Assembly (NCBI GenBank): GCA_026026165.1
Contig: JAPEUD010000006.1
Coordinates: forward strand, 1 to 64,000
Source: Sarea resinae
Lineage: Eukaryota
Length of the DNA stretch: 64,000 nt
Reading direction: 5' to 3'
The notes below the pieces were generated by a model, which did not search any database, was not told where the DNA came from, and saw nothing but the letters and a program-made list of their open reading frames with translations. This document shows positions 21,429 through 36,645 of this stretch, one piece after another. Position 1 is the stretch's first letter. Every line of letters starts with the position of its first letter. The translations under genes and the position numbers were made by a program.

Positions 21429-24400
21429 AAAGTAGTGAGTAAACCCTAGGGTAGTAAGTAGCTCCTAGAGTACTCCGGAGTAGTGAGTAATCCCTAGAGC
21501 AGGAAATCATCCCTAAAAGAGTAAAAGTCAAGGAGTCGAACAGCAAGAACCAAGGCAACCAACGCTTGAGCGTTTTAGCTTCCAGAACGGGGGAGACCGA
21601 GTAAATGGCAGGCAGGGGCCACCCAGACGACCGTGGTGAGATGGCATTCCTCAAACGAGATCTGCAGACACACAGATATAGATAGTAGGGCGACCAGTCA
21701 AAAGCGCTCGACGAGCAGCAGCAGTGGCAGTAGCCTTTCCTGCCGCGCTGTCGCGCATCTGCCCATCCTTGCCTCTCCGATACGATCCGATGCAATACAA
21801 TCCGATGTGCATGCGCGCGCGGAGGAAAAGGCAGAAAGTAGCGAATGCGCCGATAGTGGCAGAATAAAAAGCGCGAAAGAAAAGCCCCATGCCACACAGT
21901 AGTACCACCCAACCAACAATGCAATTTATTCCCACGGTGCACATTCTGACGGCCGTTTCCGCTCTTCGACACATGTCGTACCTTATTCCGCGCGCGAGAA
22001 TTCCGCCATCGTCGTCGATCACCTAGAGTGTTGGATCCATCTCTCTAATCTACCGGGCACCGAACCCGAATTCGGCAAACTCCTGCTGGGCCCCCAAGTC
22101 CCTGCATATAAAGTCGATCCCATCCCATCGCCTTGCCCACGCTGCCCCCTCCCCTGCAAACAATCATCCTGGCCGGCCAGGAACAGGGCAGCACAGGGAC
22201 CGTGATTCGAACAGTGAAGATGTCCGATCTGTCCGATCTTGGACCTGGGGTCTATTCTCGCCTTGTTCTCGTCGAGAAGACCTCGGACCTCGAATCTCGA
22301 ACAAGATCCGTGTTTTGCATTGCTTGCGTACTTGCTCTCTCATGCCGCGCTTGAGGGAGTTGTCGCGTTCGCGTTCCCCCCATCCCCTCTCTTCCCCTAC
22401 CCTTGTTAGTATTCTTCCAGATCTGGCAGCGATCGATGAACGACCTCATTTGCCCAAAACATGAATCTGAGCCAATGGTATCTTGATATGCGAGAGAGAA
22501 GCCTGGCGCGAGTCATGGCGTCTTACCAGCCGCTGCGAACTAGCGCACGCCGTCTGCCTACCTCTCCTCTGCCTTCCCAGCTCCCCGAGGCCTCGAAAGG
22601 CATCCCACAATAAGGCAACCTAGTGTAACTGCTCTAGCTACGCGCCATTCCCCCACGAGGAAACTTCACCGTGGCCGGCCAATGACCCCCCGATCCAGTC
22701 AGGGAAGAACTCAAGGGGGAGAAGGAGGGATATAGGATCACGACGATATTCGCCAACGGTCGGTACAGGGCGACCACTTCACGCAAAGACGGCGGAAATA
22801 ATACTCGTCGTGTGCAATGAAAGGAAGGGTCCAAGCTCGAGGCGAAGAAAAGCGTCTAGCCTCAAGCTTCGAGCCTCGAACCTCGGAGGCGAATGACGCG
22901 GCTAGCACGCCGCTGACGCGACGCCGCGGCCATGCGGCGTGGGGGCAAGATGCCAGAATGCACGGCCACGAAATTGCATGCGTTCTCAAGGATCTGACAA
23001 TATGGCTCTCACAGTAAGGTAGGCAAGTAGCAAAGTCCAAAGTAGGTAGAGCTGCTGCATACTATGGCCAGATATCTTACGTACGGACGAATTTGTAGGA
23101 TTTGATATATCTCTACTAATGCTCTCTCTACATCTATAGCCTCTCTTTCGTATTTCCGCGTCTCTCTCTCTATATGAAGTAAAAGAAAATGCCGCTAAAC
23201 ACTAAGCTATCAGGTACCTAAATCTACTAGACGTGTAAGAATAAAAAAAAGGTATATACTCTATATATTGATACATATGTATACATAGGGTAGACAGCAG
23301 CAACGCACATCTTGTAAATCGTTAAGTAAAGATTGTAGATTATAGTGGAAGATTATAGTCTCTCCCCTTCTATCAGACTTGACATCTGTTGAAATCAAAC
23401 CAACTTAATTCAGACTGAGTCGCCTCGACTTGCCTCGGTCCAACGTCAAGGTCCAAAGGTAAAGTACAGTCAAGCGAAGCATCCCGTATCTATATCAATA
23501 AAAAACGGCCAGCAAGACGCTGGGGCTCGGGAGACAAGAGAAACAATATAAAGAAACGGACCGTTCAGGAAAGCGAGAACAGCAACTCCAGTAAAATGTG
23601 TTTGCATTTGTGTATATGCCTGCCAGTCGTGGATCTCTTCCTCTTGTTCATGTCTTTCCTTCGCTATCGTACAACAGTGACAGGCGATCTCATACAGACA
23701 GCACAGAACAGCAGACTTTCCGATCTAAAGCACTGCCATCAAAGCTGGGTAGGAACCTGCGTTGTTTGCCCTTCCGTAGGAGCTCGTTCCGTGAAACCCT
23801 CCCTCCGTCTATGTATGAGGTATATATATATTTTCCCGGTCCCTATTCCCGCGCCCTTTTCCGCCCGTTTGAATCCCAGGCAAAAAAACCGCCCCGCCGT
23901 TTTTTTGCCAACCTCCGAAATTCCATCCCGGTTGCGCCAGCCAGAGAAAGGTCTTAGAAAGACAATGGAAAATGATACAGGAGCTAAAAAGAAGAGTAGT
24001 GAAAAGGTTGTTGGTGACCTGCGATGGCGATTAGTAAAATGAGAAACGTCGGATCTATTTGGTTGCATGCTAACCAGAATTCCACACGCGTCAACAGGTT
24101 CACGGCGGAGCACCACAGGCCAGAACGAAGCGCCTTCTGGTATCGTACAGTCTCCAAGGGACGAAGAATCATGACCGATACGCCGGGGCAACCGATTTGC
24201 CGCCCTGGTGGTAAGCGGCGGGCTGGCTATGACGACATGAGAGACCGCATTTCTCGTCCAGTCGATATTCTCTAGTTCACCACCGTCAGCCGAAGTGTCC
24301 CATCCACCTCTACCGAAACGGAGATTTCTGCTCACACGGACACGACGTTAGGTGGGCATCGAATTTGCGTCTCTTGATATCGGGTGCACCACGCCACTAC

Positions 24401-27400
24401 AATGTACCGGACATGTCCACATTGATAGACCACCTTTGTATAGTCGCACATCGAGGGTGTATCCGAAGGGATGGTCTGAAGAGATGTCTGATGAGGAAGG
24501 TTCGGGCCGGCAAGAGATGGTCAAGGCGCGCGACTGGTGTGGGGGGGGGGGGGGGGAACGAAGGAGCCGAAGTGGAGGTATGCTTTCTGTCTTCCGTGTT
24601 TTCTTTTCCAATAGCGCTGGTGCTGGTGTCCACCGAGGGGAAGCTGCAGCATGTCCGGGAACACCCATTATATATAGTCGTTCATTGCAGATGACCCCAC
24701 CCAGGAGACGACCGACCGACGGTGGACGAGAACTACGCTCATGTGGGGGACAGACTGGGAGTCGACGTCGTAAGAAGCATAGCCGACTCTATTTTTGCCG
24801 ACAATAAGTCAAAGAGGATGCGCGAGTCAGTGGCAGTGTGGACAGACAGACAGCCGCCTCGCAGATTAACAGAAGTGACTCTTCTCCGACAGGCCCAAGA
24901 CCTAAACTCTGACCAACGGACATGTGGAGTGCTTGGAGAGGTAGTGCATGGTGGATGACGGGAAACGTGGGTGCCCAAACCGTAGAGGGGGCGAGTGAGC
25001 AATCAACGACAGGTAAGGCACTGACTAACAGAGAATCAAGGGATCCATCTCGAAATCTATCGAAGGACTATGAAGTATGGTGTTTCAGACGCTGCTGCGC
25101 AGGGACGAGGGGGACGACAGGGCCGACAGGAACGATGATGGAGCCAGATCATGTTCGTTCCGTTCCTGATGCGGCTGTTCAGGTGCAGCGGCGCTCAATG
25201 GCCCGCATAGCCGATGCGCCGCGACGATGCATCGGGCAAGGTTCGACGATTGACGAGACCAGTAATGGCATCATCTGCGCGCATGGGGCCATCGGTACCG
25301 AGCACTAGAAGAAGCAAGGAGGCATTGAAAGCGCTGTTGGACTGGTACTTCGACTTAGGGCAGCATCAAGGCTTTGGCCTGAAAAACAGAGATTGCTCTA
25401 GGATGGGATGAGGGATGGAGGGCAGTGACAAGTGGAGGACAAAGTTGCAGGCTAGGGGCATGGAAGTTCGGGCTGATGGCCCTGTCGATCGAGAAGGCGA
25501 AGCGAAGGCGCCATCAGACTCTAGAGCAGGTCCCGTAATCCAATACAGTGGATAGGCCCCTTGGCCGGGGCGGAAATGACTGTGACCTAGGACCGGAGGG
25601 GAAAAGACACGCTGCCACACGCATCATGCCCGCAGGAGGGCTGCACGAAAAAGATTGCAAGCACGTGTAGGATGTGATGGGATGCAGCGACACTACTGTC
25701 TAGTAGGTACGAGCACCTGTCCTCGGTAGTACCTGATCATTCTCGTCGCACTACAGACGCAACTCGAGCAACTCCCGCGTCAGCGGCGACAGGAGAGAGA
25801 GCGGAGCCGGTCAGGTACCGTACGGAGCCGGCTGACTGCCTGGTGCCTGCTGTGCCTCCTGTGCCTCATCAAGACGACCCTTGCAATCGATTCATCCTTG
25901 CCACGAAAGAGAAAGCCGTCATGGCGGCAGTTGAGCGTCGACAGTCTTGACAGCCATATATTTCAATGTCAGTAGATCAATGCCGTATGTGGGTGGAGTG
26001 AAAGGACTGTTGTTGGTCAGCACATTGGGTACCATCCATTCATCCATTACTCTGGAGAATGCATGCAGTCACGCAGTACTGAGGGTTTGCCCCCCCACTC
26101 CAAAGCCAAGAGTAAGCAAATTCTTTCAGTCATCGGAGCCAGATAGCGCGAGATAACCAGACAAGCTCATGCCTCTGTATGTATGTACGTGAGATGAGAT
26201 GAGATGAGATGAGATGAAAGGGAGGGAGTGACCATTCATCCTCGTTAGCGAGCGTTGTCAGGCACGAGCGAACCTACTCCGGAGTAGTCCTCTAGAAAGA
26301 ATCCATGGAGAGACGGAGAGGGACAGAAGAAAAAAAGAGAAGAGAGGAGAAGAAAAAGAAGAAAATAAAATACAGTAACGGGTATAGCTCGCGTGTGATT
26401 TTCCATCCCCTTACCGTGGTTCTCCTTACCGTGGTTCTCCTTTTGCGCGATATTAAGTCGTGCCGTGCCGTGCCGTGCCGTACCATGGTGCATATACTCC
26501 TACTCCGTAGATTTACCCATCTGTTATTTTCCCCAGCAGAGGAAGGTCGGTAACCCACACCCACGCAAGAACAACCATATCAACATCGACGACGACGACG
26601 ACAAACAAATAAGAATCCACATCATCATAACTGACACTGGTCGACCCCTGCCCTTGATCCTCATGCGTCCGTATCGCCTTATGCCACGCCGTGACTGGAC
26701 CGCATTAGTCCAGATTGCGAGGAGCTAGAGCAACGTAAAAGAAAGCAAAACAGTAGAGCAGAGTAGAGTCGAGATGGATGCTTCACGGAGCCTTACCTCT
26801 TCCTCGACCTTACCTCACCTCACACTTCCACATACTCATAGTACTCCGTCCACTGCTCGTAACCATGCCCCAGCGACAGCCCCAGTCCGGTCCCTGCCGT
26901 CGGTCCACTACCGACCGAGGGGCCTCTTTCCCTGCCATGGAAGGATGGAAAGTTCCGACGGATGGATACATACGTACCGGAGCTTCCAATTACCCAGTGG
27001 ATCTACTCCGGAGTAGCACCTCGCCGTTCTTTACGTATACCTCACCATGCATTGCCTTCAATACCTACCTGGCCATACGATACCACACGATACCATATCC
27101 ACCCTCCCCCCCGAATTCCCGTGCTCCAGGCCTCTCTCATCTCATCTGATATCCTTACCGTCTTGCGATCGGTGGTGAATTTCGTACGGACGTACGGACG
27201 GAGGTACAGGGTTGCTGCACTCCAATCCCCTCCCTTCTTCGTAGCTAGGATGCTGTTGCTTCGTTCGAGAAAGGAATTTTCCAGAAGGCCCCACCTACCG
27301 ACCCATCCATCCATCTCCACGTTTCCCTTTGCATCCATCGATCCATCATCTACTCTAGCATCAAATGCATGCATCCTTGCTGGGACTAAGCTTCGTACCT

Positions 27401-27933
27401 ACAATATCGATGTAGCTATCCATCCCCTTGCCGGCCTCACCCAACTCAAGTCAACACACCCCTCCACCTCGACTGTCACGACCCTTTTTTTTTCAGAAGC
27501 CAAGGCCGGTCCAACCCAAGCCTTACTCAGTCTGTTCCTTTTCTACCAAGGTAGAAAACGGCACATTAGCGCTCCCCTTTTTCAATTCTTGTTTTTTTTG
27601 ACCTGAGCAAGAGTAATATGGGGTCATGCAAAGATCATCTGCCTTCAAACTCGCAGGGCTACGAGTGGAGTAGAAAGAACCTTCAGAATCACCGGCTGGG
27701 ACTTACAAAGTGGGCCCAATCTAAACAAGAAGGGTATCAACACTCGATGAATTTTGCCAGTCTCTCCTATCTTACAACCCACAAGGTACAATGACCAGAC
27801 ACCAAATTCCATGCCCGCCGAGAGCACCTACTGACACGCGGCGTACCGACTCCCGAGTCTAGATATCCTCCCAGGACCAGCCAGTCATGATTGTACCAAG
27901 AACATAATCGCACACAAGAGGGGTCTTCCCTCC

Positions 27934-30106
<2,173 letters not shown>

Positions 30107-30996
30107 TTAGGGTCGCACTTCGTGGTGGGAGGGGGAATCCAATAGAGGGGAGAGTTTACGTCGGCCCTTCTTTCAGCCCAGACGTGTGGATCAAGACCTC
30201 CTGCCCAAGGGAAAGTCAGCACGGGGTCCGGGGGGAGGGACACGGGTCCGAGCAGTAGAGCAGCAGCCGTAGAGCAGCAGCACTGCAGTCTTCCAGAGAA
30301 TAGGCAAGAAGAATCGATGGAATTGGGTCCCGTCGGGTGTGGGGGCAGTACTCGTGGTACTGTAAACGGCTGAGGGAGTCGACGTCAGCCAGTTGAGGCA
30401 GTCGGTCACTTCTTTCTTTTCCGCAGAAGAGTGCAGTGGCTGTGCGGGACGGTGGCCCGTGTGTGGGGTACTTTGTACGTTACTCCCTTTTGGTAGTAGT
30501 AGAGCATGCCCTCGAGCAAGTCGTGCGTCATGGCCAGAATTCAGCTTCCAACCTGTTCTGTTTGCTCGAGTGCCAACAACACCGTTACCGCTTGATGTCA
30601 TATTCCAGATATAGTCAAATTTGGTCGGTACTACCAAGGGACGAGACTACTGGCAGTCAGTGACTAATTTACCGGTCTTACAGATCCCTCATGCAGCGCC
30701 GCACATCAAACAGCTTATCCGTTCCGAGTTCCCTCCTTAGGCCTCGTCTGGGCGACTGAAGTGCGTCAATCAGAAGGCACGAATACCAGATAGTTGCATG
30801 AAACCCCCAGCAGCTACAGGAGTAGGGTAGGTAGCTGGGCATTCGTTCCCGGGTCGGACAGGAGACTACATCCTAGTAACCATGCGCTTCTACTTTCCCA
30901 TGTCTTCTCTCTCCGGGACGATCATGCTGATTGACACCCAGTCACGTGCTCGCCAATATGGTGCCTGCGGGACATGGTCGTACCACGTACTCCATA

Positions 30997-31043
30997 AGGT
31001 ACCTACCTCAGGTACCTGCCTAAGGTACCTTACCTAGGTACCT
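30997..31043. repeat. Four AGGTACCT palindromes at exact 13-bp period
   Basis: Starts at 30997, 31010, 31023 and 31036. Confidence 0.9.
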
Positions 31044-31526
31044 AGTAGTGTGGTGGAGATCCAATGGGATGGCTTGGGTCCTAACCCTTTGGGGGTTTCC
31101 GGTCTGGCGGTCGCGCTCATCTCGATCGTGTTTCAAGGTAGACGCGATAAGGTTGACTTCTTTTCAACGGCTCCATGCAGCACTCTGCATTGTGGTGGCC
31201 GTTGACCGTCAGACTTCGTGAAATACATCGATTACAGGCTCAAAGTAGAGTAGAATGATGGCATACCAACGACATACCAGTCGTCTCTTCGACTGTCATG
31301 TTCCAAGGCATGGATGAACACGGAGAGGATCAAGAATAATGATGATGACGGCCGTTGTTGTTGCATCGTCTGTACGGTTACCAGTACCAAGCCGTTGCGC
31401 ATCCTGGTCCCATGCTGATCCAATACAGGGCCCATCAGCTTGGCATTTATCCTAACGGGTTAGTAAGCAGTACGTTTGGCATCGTTGGAGAGCTATATCT
31501 TGAACCGCATCCCGATCATCAGCACC

Positions 31527-32931
31527 CTACGAGGCGGCAAGCCTCAATTCCCATTCTTCCCTTAACCCCTCCATCTCCTGCCAACATTCCCTTCCTAGCT
31601 CTTCGAAGGATTCCCTCTCCTCCGCGGTCAGATTCTTGACCCCGGGCCTTCTACCTTGACTATTTCCATCCGTGTCTCCTACGCTACCACCGTAACCCCA
31701 ACCTTCAACCTCCGTTTGCATCACCCTGTCTCGACCAAGACGATCCGTCGAGGAACCCCATTTCGTCGGACCAGTCGCATCCTCGAGCTCATCAAGAGCA
31801 GGCTGTGAGGAGAGAGCAATCCAAACGGGTGCCCAAGCTCCAGAGTAAGCACGCACCGTGTGCCAGGGTGATCCGAGCCACCTTGCAACATAGAAAGCAG
31901 CAGCCATGCAGAACCACAGTATGGCCGGAAGAGGTAGAATCCCAGTCGCGCAGATACCGGGGTGGACGACGTACATCTTCACCTTGTCAGCTTGACGTGT
32001 GAAGAATCGATCGGTCCACGCAGATGTCGAAGGAAGAGAAGATGTCAGGGCGAGGACATCTGTAAGCCGCTTCGATGCCTCGTAGGCCTTGGGGGATTTG
32101 AGTCCTTGGATATCGGCCACGGAAAAGCAATCGGCGTAGGCCTCGAGACTAGAAAGCCATATGATACGACCGCATTTTTGTCCGGAGTTTGAGGATTCGG
32201 ATAGTAGAGGTGTGAGGTGATGGCTGAGTACGTAGTGGCCGAAGACATTGGAGCAGAAGACTTCGCCGAGAGGTGGTTCATCGTCGGAATTGATAGTACC
32301 ATTGGTAACGGCGGCAATCGATTTTGGGGACTCGTTACTTATGTTCTTCACTCCTTCAAGACCAAGCTGCGACTTCGTGACATATCCGATGCCAGACAGT
32401 TTGAACGTCGGCCATGTAACAGCCCGAACCCAGTCCGTCATGATCGACCATACAGCCAAAGGCCAATTGATGCCCGTGAAACCGCCATAACCTGCATTGA
32501 GGATCACCGCATCTAACTTGGGAAGAGTAGCGAGTAATTTGTTGGAAAGATCTAGTACGGAACGGAGGGAGGTGAGATCGAGGCTTTCAGGCTGAAAGGT
32601 GATTCGGGAGTTTGGCGGTTTCTCTTCGGTGCCTGCGGATTCAGCAGCGGCATCGGTAGCCTTCTGGAGATGCTCTTGTAGTCGCGCGACCGTATCGTTA
32701 GCCTTCCGAGAATCGCGTGTCGTTATGATAAGGGTAAGTGAGTGTGAGGGAAGGTGGGTGGAGAGGAATTCGTCGATGAGACGGCAGCAAATGGCAAAGC
32801 CAAGCCCGCTAGGTATCAGTGACCGTCAGTTCAATCGCTTTTGTGCTTCTCCAGTTGTTGGTCATCTCGAACCTATTCGCACCCGTGACGAGTATGTAAT
32901 ATTTAGTTTCCTTTTCGCTTGAAGTAGCCAT
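31527..32931 (-). CDS. ERG27: 3-keto-steroid reductase (ergosterol pathway), SDR fold; intron ~32873-32810
   Basis: LVTGAN/SGLGFAICCRLIDEF, LDAVILNAG, GEVFCSNVFGHY, YEASKR (YxxxK), HPGICAT, ARWLGSPWH. Confidence 0.93.
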
Positions 32932-33734
32932 ATCTCTGTTCTTGTGCGGCGCAAGGCGGTCGTTGTCGCAATTTGACGTCCTTGGGTTGTATAGTCGCTC
33001 CACTCTCTTTGTCCCTGAGGAACAATTTCTAGGGGGGCCACAAGGCAAAGGCGCAGCCTACGGTAGCCGGTTATCTGCGCCTAAATACCGCCGTTTTAGC
33101 GATGTTTCTTACCTTATCTTAGCCCAGGTACGAAGTACGAAGATACGAAGTAACTTATGCATTTAACAACACCAAGACTCTCACCCGGGCTGCCGGGCAT
33201 CAACTAGTAAGGTCCACAGATCCACGCCGACAGTCGATCGTACGTAATAGTGACATATCTTTCTTATTGGAATCATTTGAAATCACAAGGAGCCATGCGC
33301 AGATTCGGAGCGGGGCCTTTGTTATCCTTAGGCTATGCATGTCACCATTATGGGACAGAGCTTCGTATTCCTACCCGCTTTTATGATGGATACATTACCT
33401 TACTTTTTGCTCGGATCGACAAGCTATTCTTGCTTTGGCTGATGTCCGGCTATGAGTTGTTGATGGTCCATGAGGCCAGCCATGGTTGTAGATTCTCGCG
33501 ATAACCAGTAGAGATGATGAGGTGTATTATAGAAGTAGCCAGAATAGAGTTCTTTTATTTCCGAGTCCTCAAACAAAATTCAGAGGCGTGTGAGACTATA
33601 TTGATCGGGTAATCGATTTCTTTTTACCATAGAGACGCCTTTGTACGAGGCACGCGGGCTAGAACAACATCGGGAGAAAATCAAAGAAAGCCTATACTAC
33701 ACCCACCGCTATTGTGCATCCATGACTACCCGAG

Positions 33735-34934
33735 CTAAGAGTTGGCTGAATTGATCTCCTGCCCACTCTGCGAGTGCTTTCTCTCTTCCTCCTCTTTCTC
33801 CAAATTCTCCCACTGAGAGTCTCGGAGCTCTTGCATACCCTTGGCCGGATTGGGAAGAGGAGCCACATGGTTAGCAATTTGGCCCCTGCCAATCAAACTG
33901 ATGACGATGCTGGCCCCAACGATGAACGTCAAGACGAATCGGTAGGTACCATACCACTGCGGCGTTAGACCCTGGCGCGTGGCGCGGGTATCCACGAAAT
34001 AAAGCCAGTTGAAAGCGAGGAACTGTGAGATAAGGGCGTATTCAACGGGGAGGAGTATTGACGGCCACGCGATAGCCGGTGCAATGACTCCAATGGCATA
34101 TCGCCGATGATCGTGTTGGCCGCCGTAGCCCGCGTATTCTAGTCCCCAATGGATGGCTCCCAGGAATGAGATGATCTACAAAGTGTGAGCGATAGTTGGA
34201 CTGGAGTTCATCATCATTCAAAGCATTTTCACCCACCACTGCACCGTATCCTATCTGCAACGGCTCGAGATAATCGAGAGCCCATGACGCCATATCTGCG
34301 GAGAGAAGATAGCCGGACCCAGCATGAGCGGCTTGCTGCATATCCCATGCCAAGAAGACGGTTGACAGGGATGTCGCTAGGTATGGAAGAGTGCCGGCCA
34401 AACCTAGATAAAGAACATCACGAGGAACATCTTTTAGCGCAAACGTGTTGGTTATGGTACTCTTTTTTTGGTTAATCAGTCTTGAGCTATTTCATGGGAT
34501 ATTAATCACCGAAAGTGGAGGCTTACGAAGTCTGACTTCAGGCCTCCCATCATGTCTGCTGGCTTCTCCTTTTCTGGCTCCGCAATCTCTCGCCCAACCA
34601 TGGGCCGAACGGTGGACTCGATAGACACCAGTTCTGGATGTGATTCGAGAGGTTTCTTTGCAACCTTTTCTTCAGCTTTCTGATTGATCTTGTCAAATGG
34701 TGGCTTGGCTTTCGTGTCGACAAAACATCGCAGGGACGCCGTCACTGGTCGGCTTGCGTTGGCACTGAGCGCAGGAAATTGTGGTTTCCCAACGGAAGGG
34801 CGTGAGACAGGGCGCCGGTGGGCGTTTGAAAACGCCGCTGTACATATGGTCCGCCGCAATGAGGCGGATGGATGTGCAAAGCACGAAGAAAAGGACTTTG
34901 CAGCTGTGCTCCGTAGAATCATGGTAGCGGACAT
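33735..34934 (-). CDS. DUF3429-family mitochondrial membrane protein, multi-exon
   Basis: Arg/Ser-rich presequence; AGTLPYLATS, QIGYGAV/IISFLGAIHWGLE, PQWYGTYRFVLTFIVGASI. Confidence 0.85.
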
Positions 34935-36645
34935 GTTGCTGGGTTCGACACAAACAAAGGCTTGTCTGCCCAGAACGCCAACAAGTTGGACGCGCTTCCG
35001 AGTGGAGAGAACCAGATTTCGAAGCAACCAATAAATAGTTTCACGGGAATGGAAATGAATATCTCAAGCTCAATCGACTTTATTAGAAATGCACTTCAGA
35101 GCGTAAGGCTCTCGGCTCTCTGGTGGTGGGCAAGAGGGGGTTTTGATTGTTTAAGGTTCCAGGCTTGGACAGCTTGAGCTGCAGCAGGGTGCGGTTACGT
35201 CACAGTGTCTACTCTCCGGGCTTCTACCCCAGACGGGCAGATTGAAAGTGCCGTGGAGATACATACGTCAGGTCTCTGCGACCTCGACATGGATCCGTGT
35301 CAGTCAAACGTCAGGCAATGGAGGTCATCCAATGTACGAATAAATCCCGTGCTCGAGCCTGGCGATGGTCACTCACCTCCACTCATTAATAAGGTACTGC
35401 ACGCCGACTGCGACTACGTCCTCTACTGCGTAACGACTACCAAAAAGTACCTACCTACTGGGCGCATCACTGTCAACCTGAGGTGAAGAAAGCGAAGGTA
35501 CCCGACCGACCTGATATGGCATCGATGGATCAGATTAGATGGACGAGCATCCACACTGCAGCTTCCTTACTCGTAGGCACTATTACCGTACCTAGGTACC
35601 TATCTTACCCAACTTAGGTACCTGCCCCTGGTAACCTAAAGTAGGTAGTTGAGGTATCCATTACCTCCTTAAGGTACCTTAGGTGGATATCAAGGGGCCC
35701 CCGGACCTTCGAGGCGAAAAGCAATGCCACCTATCCCAGAATACCGTACCAATTTCTACAGCAAGTCGGTAGGTACTCAAGGTACCTTACCAATGGATGG
35801 ATGTCTCCCAAATGCCACCTCGTTCGTAATATCGGTCATCAGCAATTGGGCGTTTTCCATAGCCCTGGTTTGATCCACTACGAGTATCAGGTCACAAGAG
35901 CAGGTCCTCAGCCACAAGCGCCCTGTACAAGCAATAGAGTACCTACTACGTACTGCACAGCAATGATGACAGTAGTGATAGACGGGTTACCTCCCCTTCG
36001 TCCCTGGTAATCTTCTTCTCATCATCATGGGGAATATGATGAATTCATGATTCTCATTCGTAGGGGTGTCACCATTGTCATAAGCGAACATTGAAGTACG
36101 AGTAGTCCTAGTGGCCGATTCCTTTCCAATTCAGGTTTTGACACCACTCTCCAGCTTGGTCCTCAGTAGTACGGTACTCTGGAGTAAGGTAAAGTACCTC
36201 GCCCTACTGCTGCCTATTGCAAGGTACTTCGTACTTGTAACGGCCATGGTATAGCCCGCCTCAGTACTACTACAAGTTGGTGGGGGCCCTGGCGAGCTCC
36301 AGCATTCCGTGTGCGACTGACTGCTCAACCTACGACCACACCTAAGAACCTCCCTACCTTGCCTACCTCCAGAACAACGATCCACCCTCCTCTCATCCAG
36401 CAGCACTTCTTGCCGACACTGCACATCCGATCACCTACCATAATACCTTCATCTCAGAAGTGCAAGAGGAAGCCATCTCAACTTGGGACTGGATGAGCAG
36501 GGTGATCACGCAACATCTGGCGCCTGGCTCGCCTCGACGACCCTCATGGTCAACCAACGTCATCAAGTCAACTACTCGATTTGAGCAGCAAAGAACGTGA
36601 TTATCCGTAACCTCCCGACCAGGGTTACGGCCATCCGCCATCACC

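Noticed and set aside
30997..31043. CRISPR-like repeat-spacer array
   Set aside because: Eukaryotic context, 8-bp repeats with 5-bp linkers, no cas genes.
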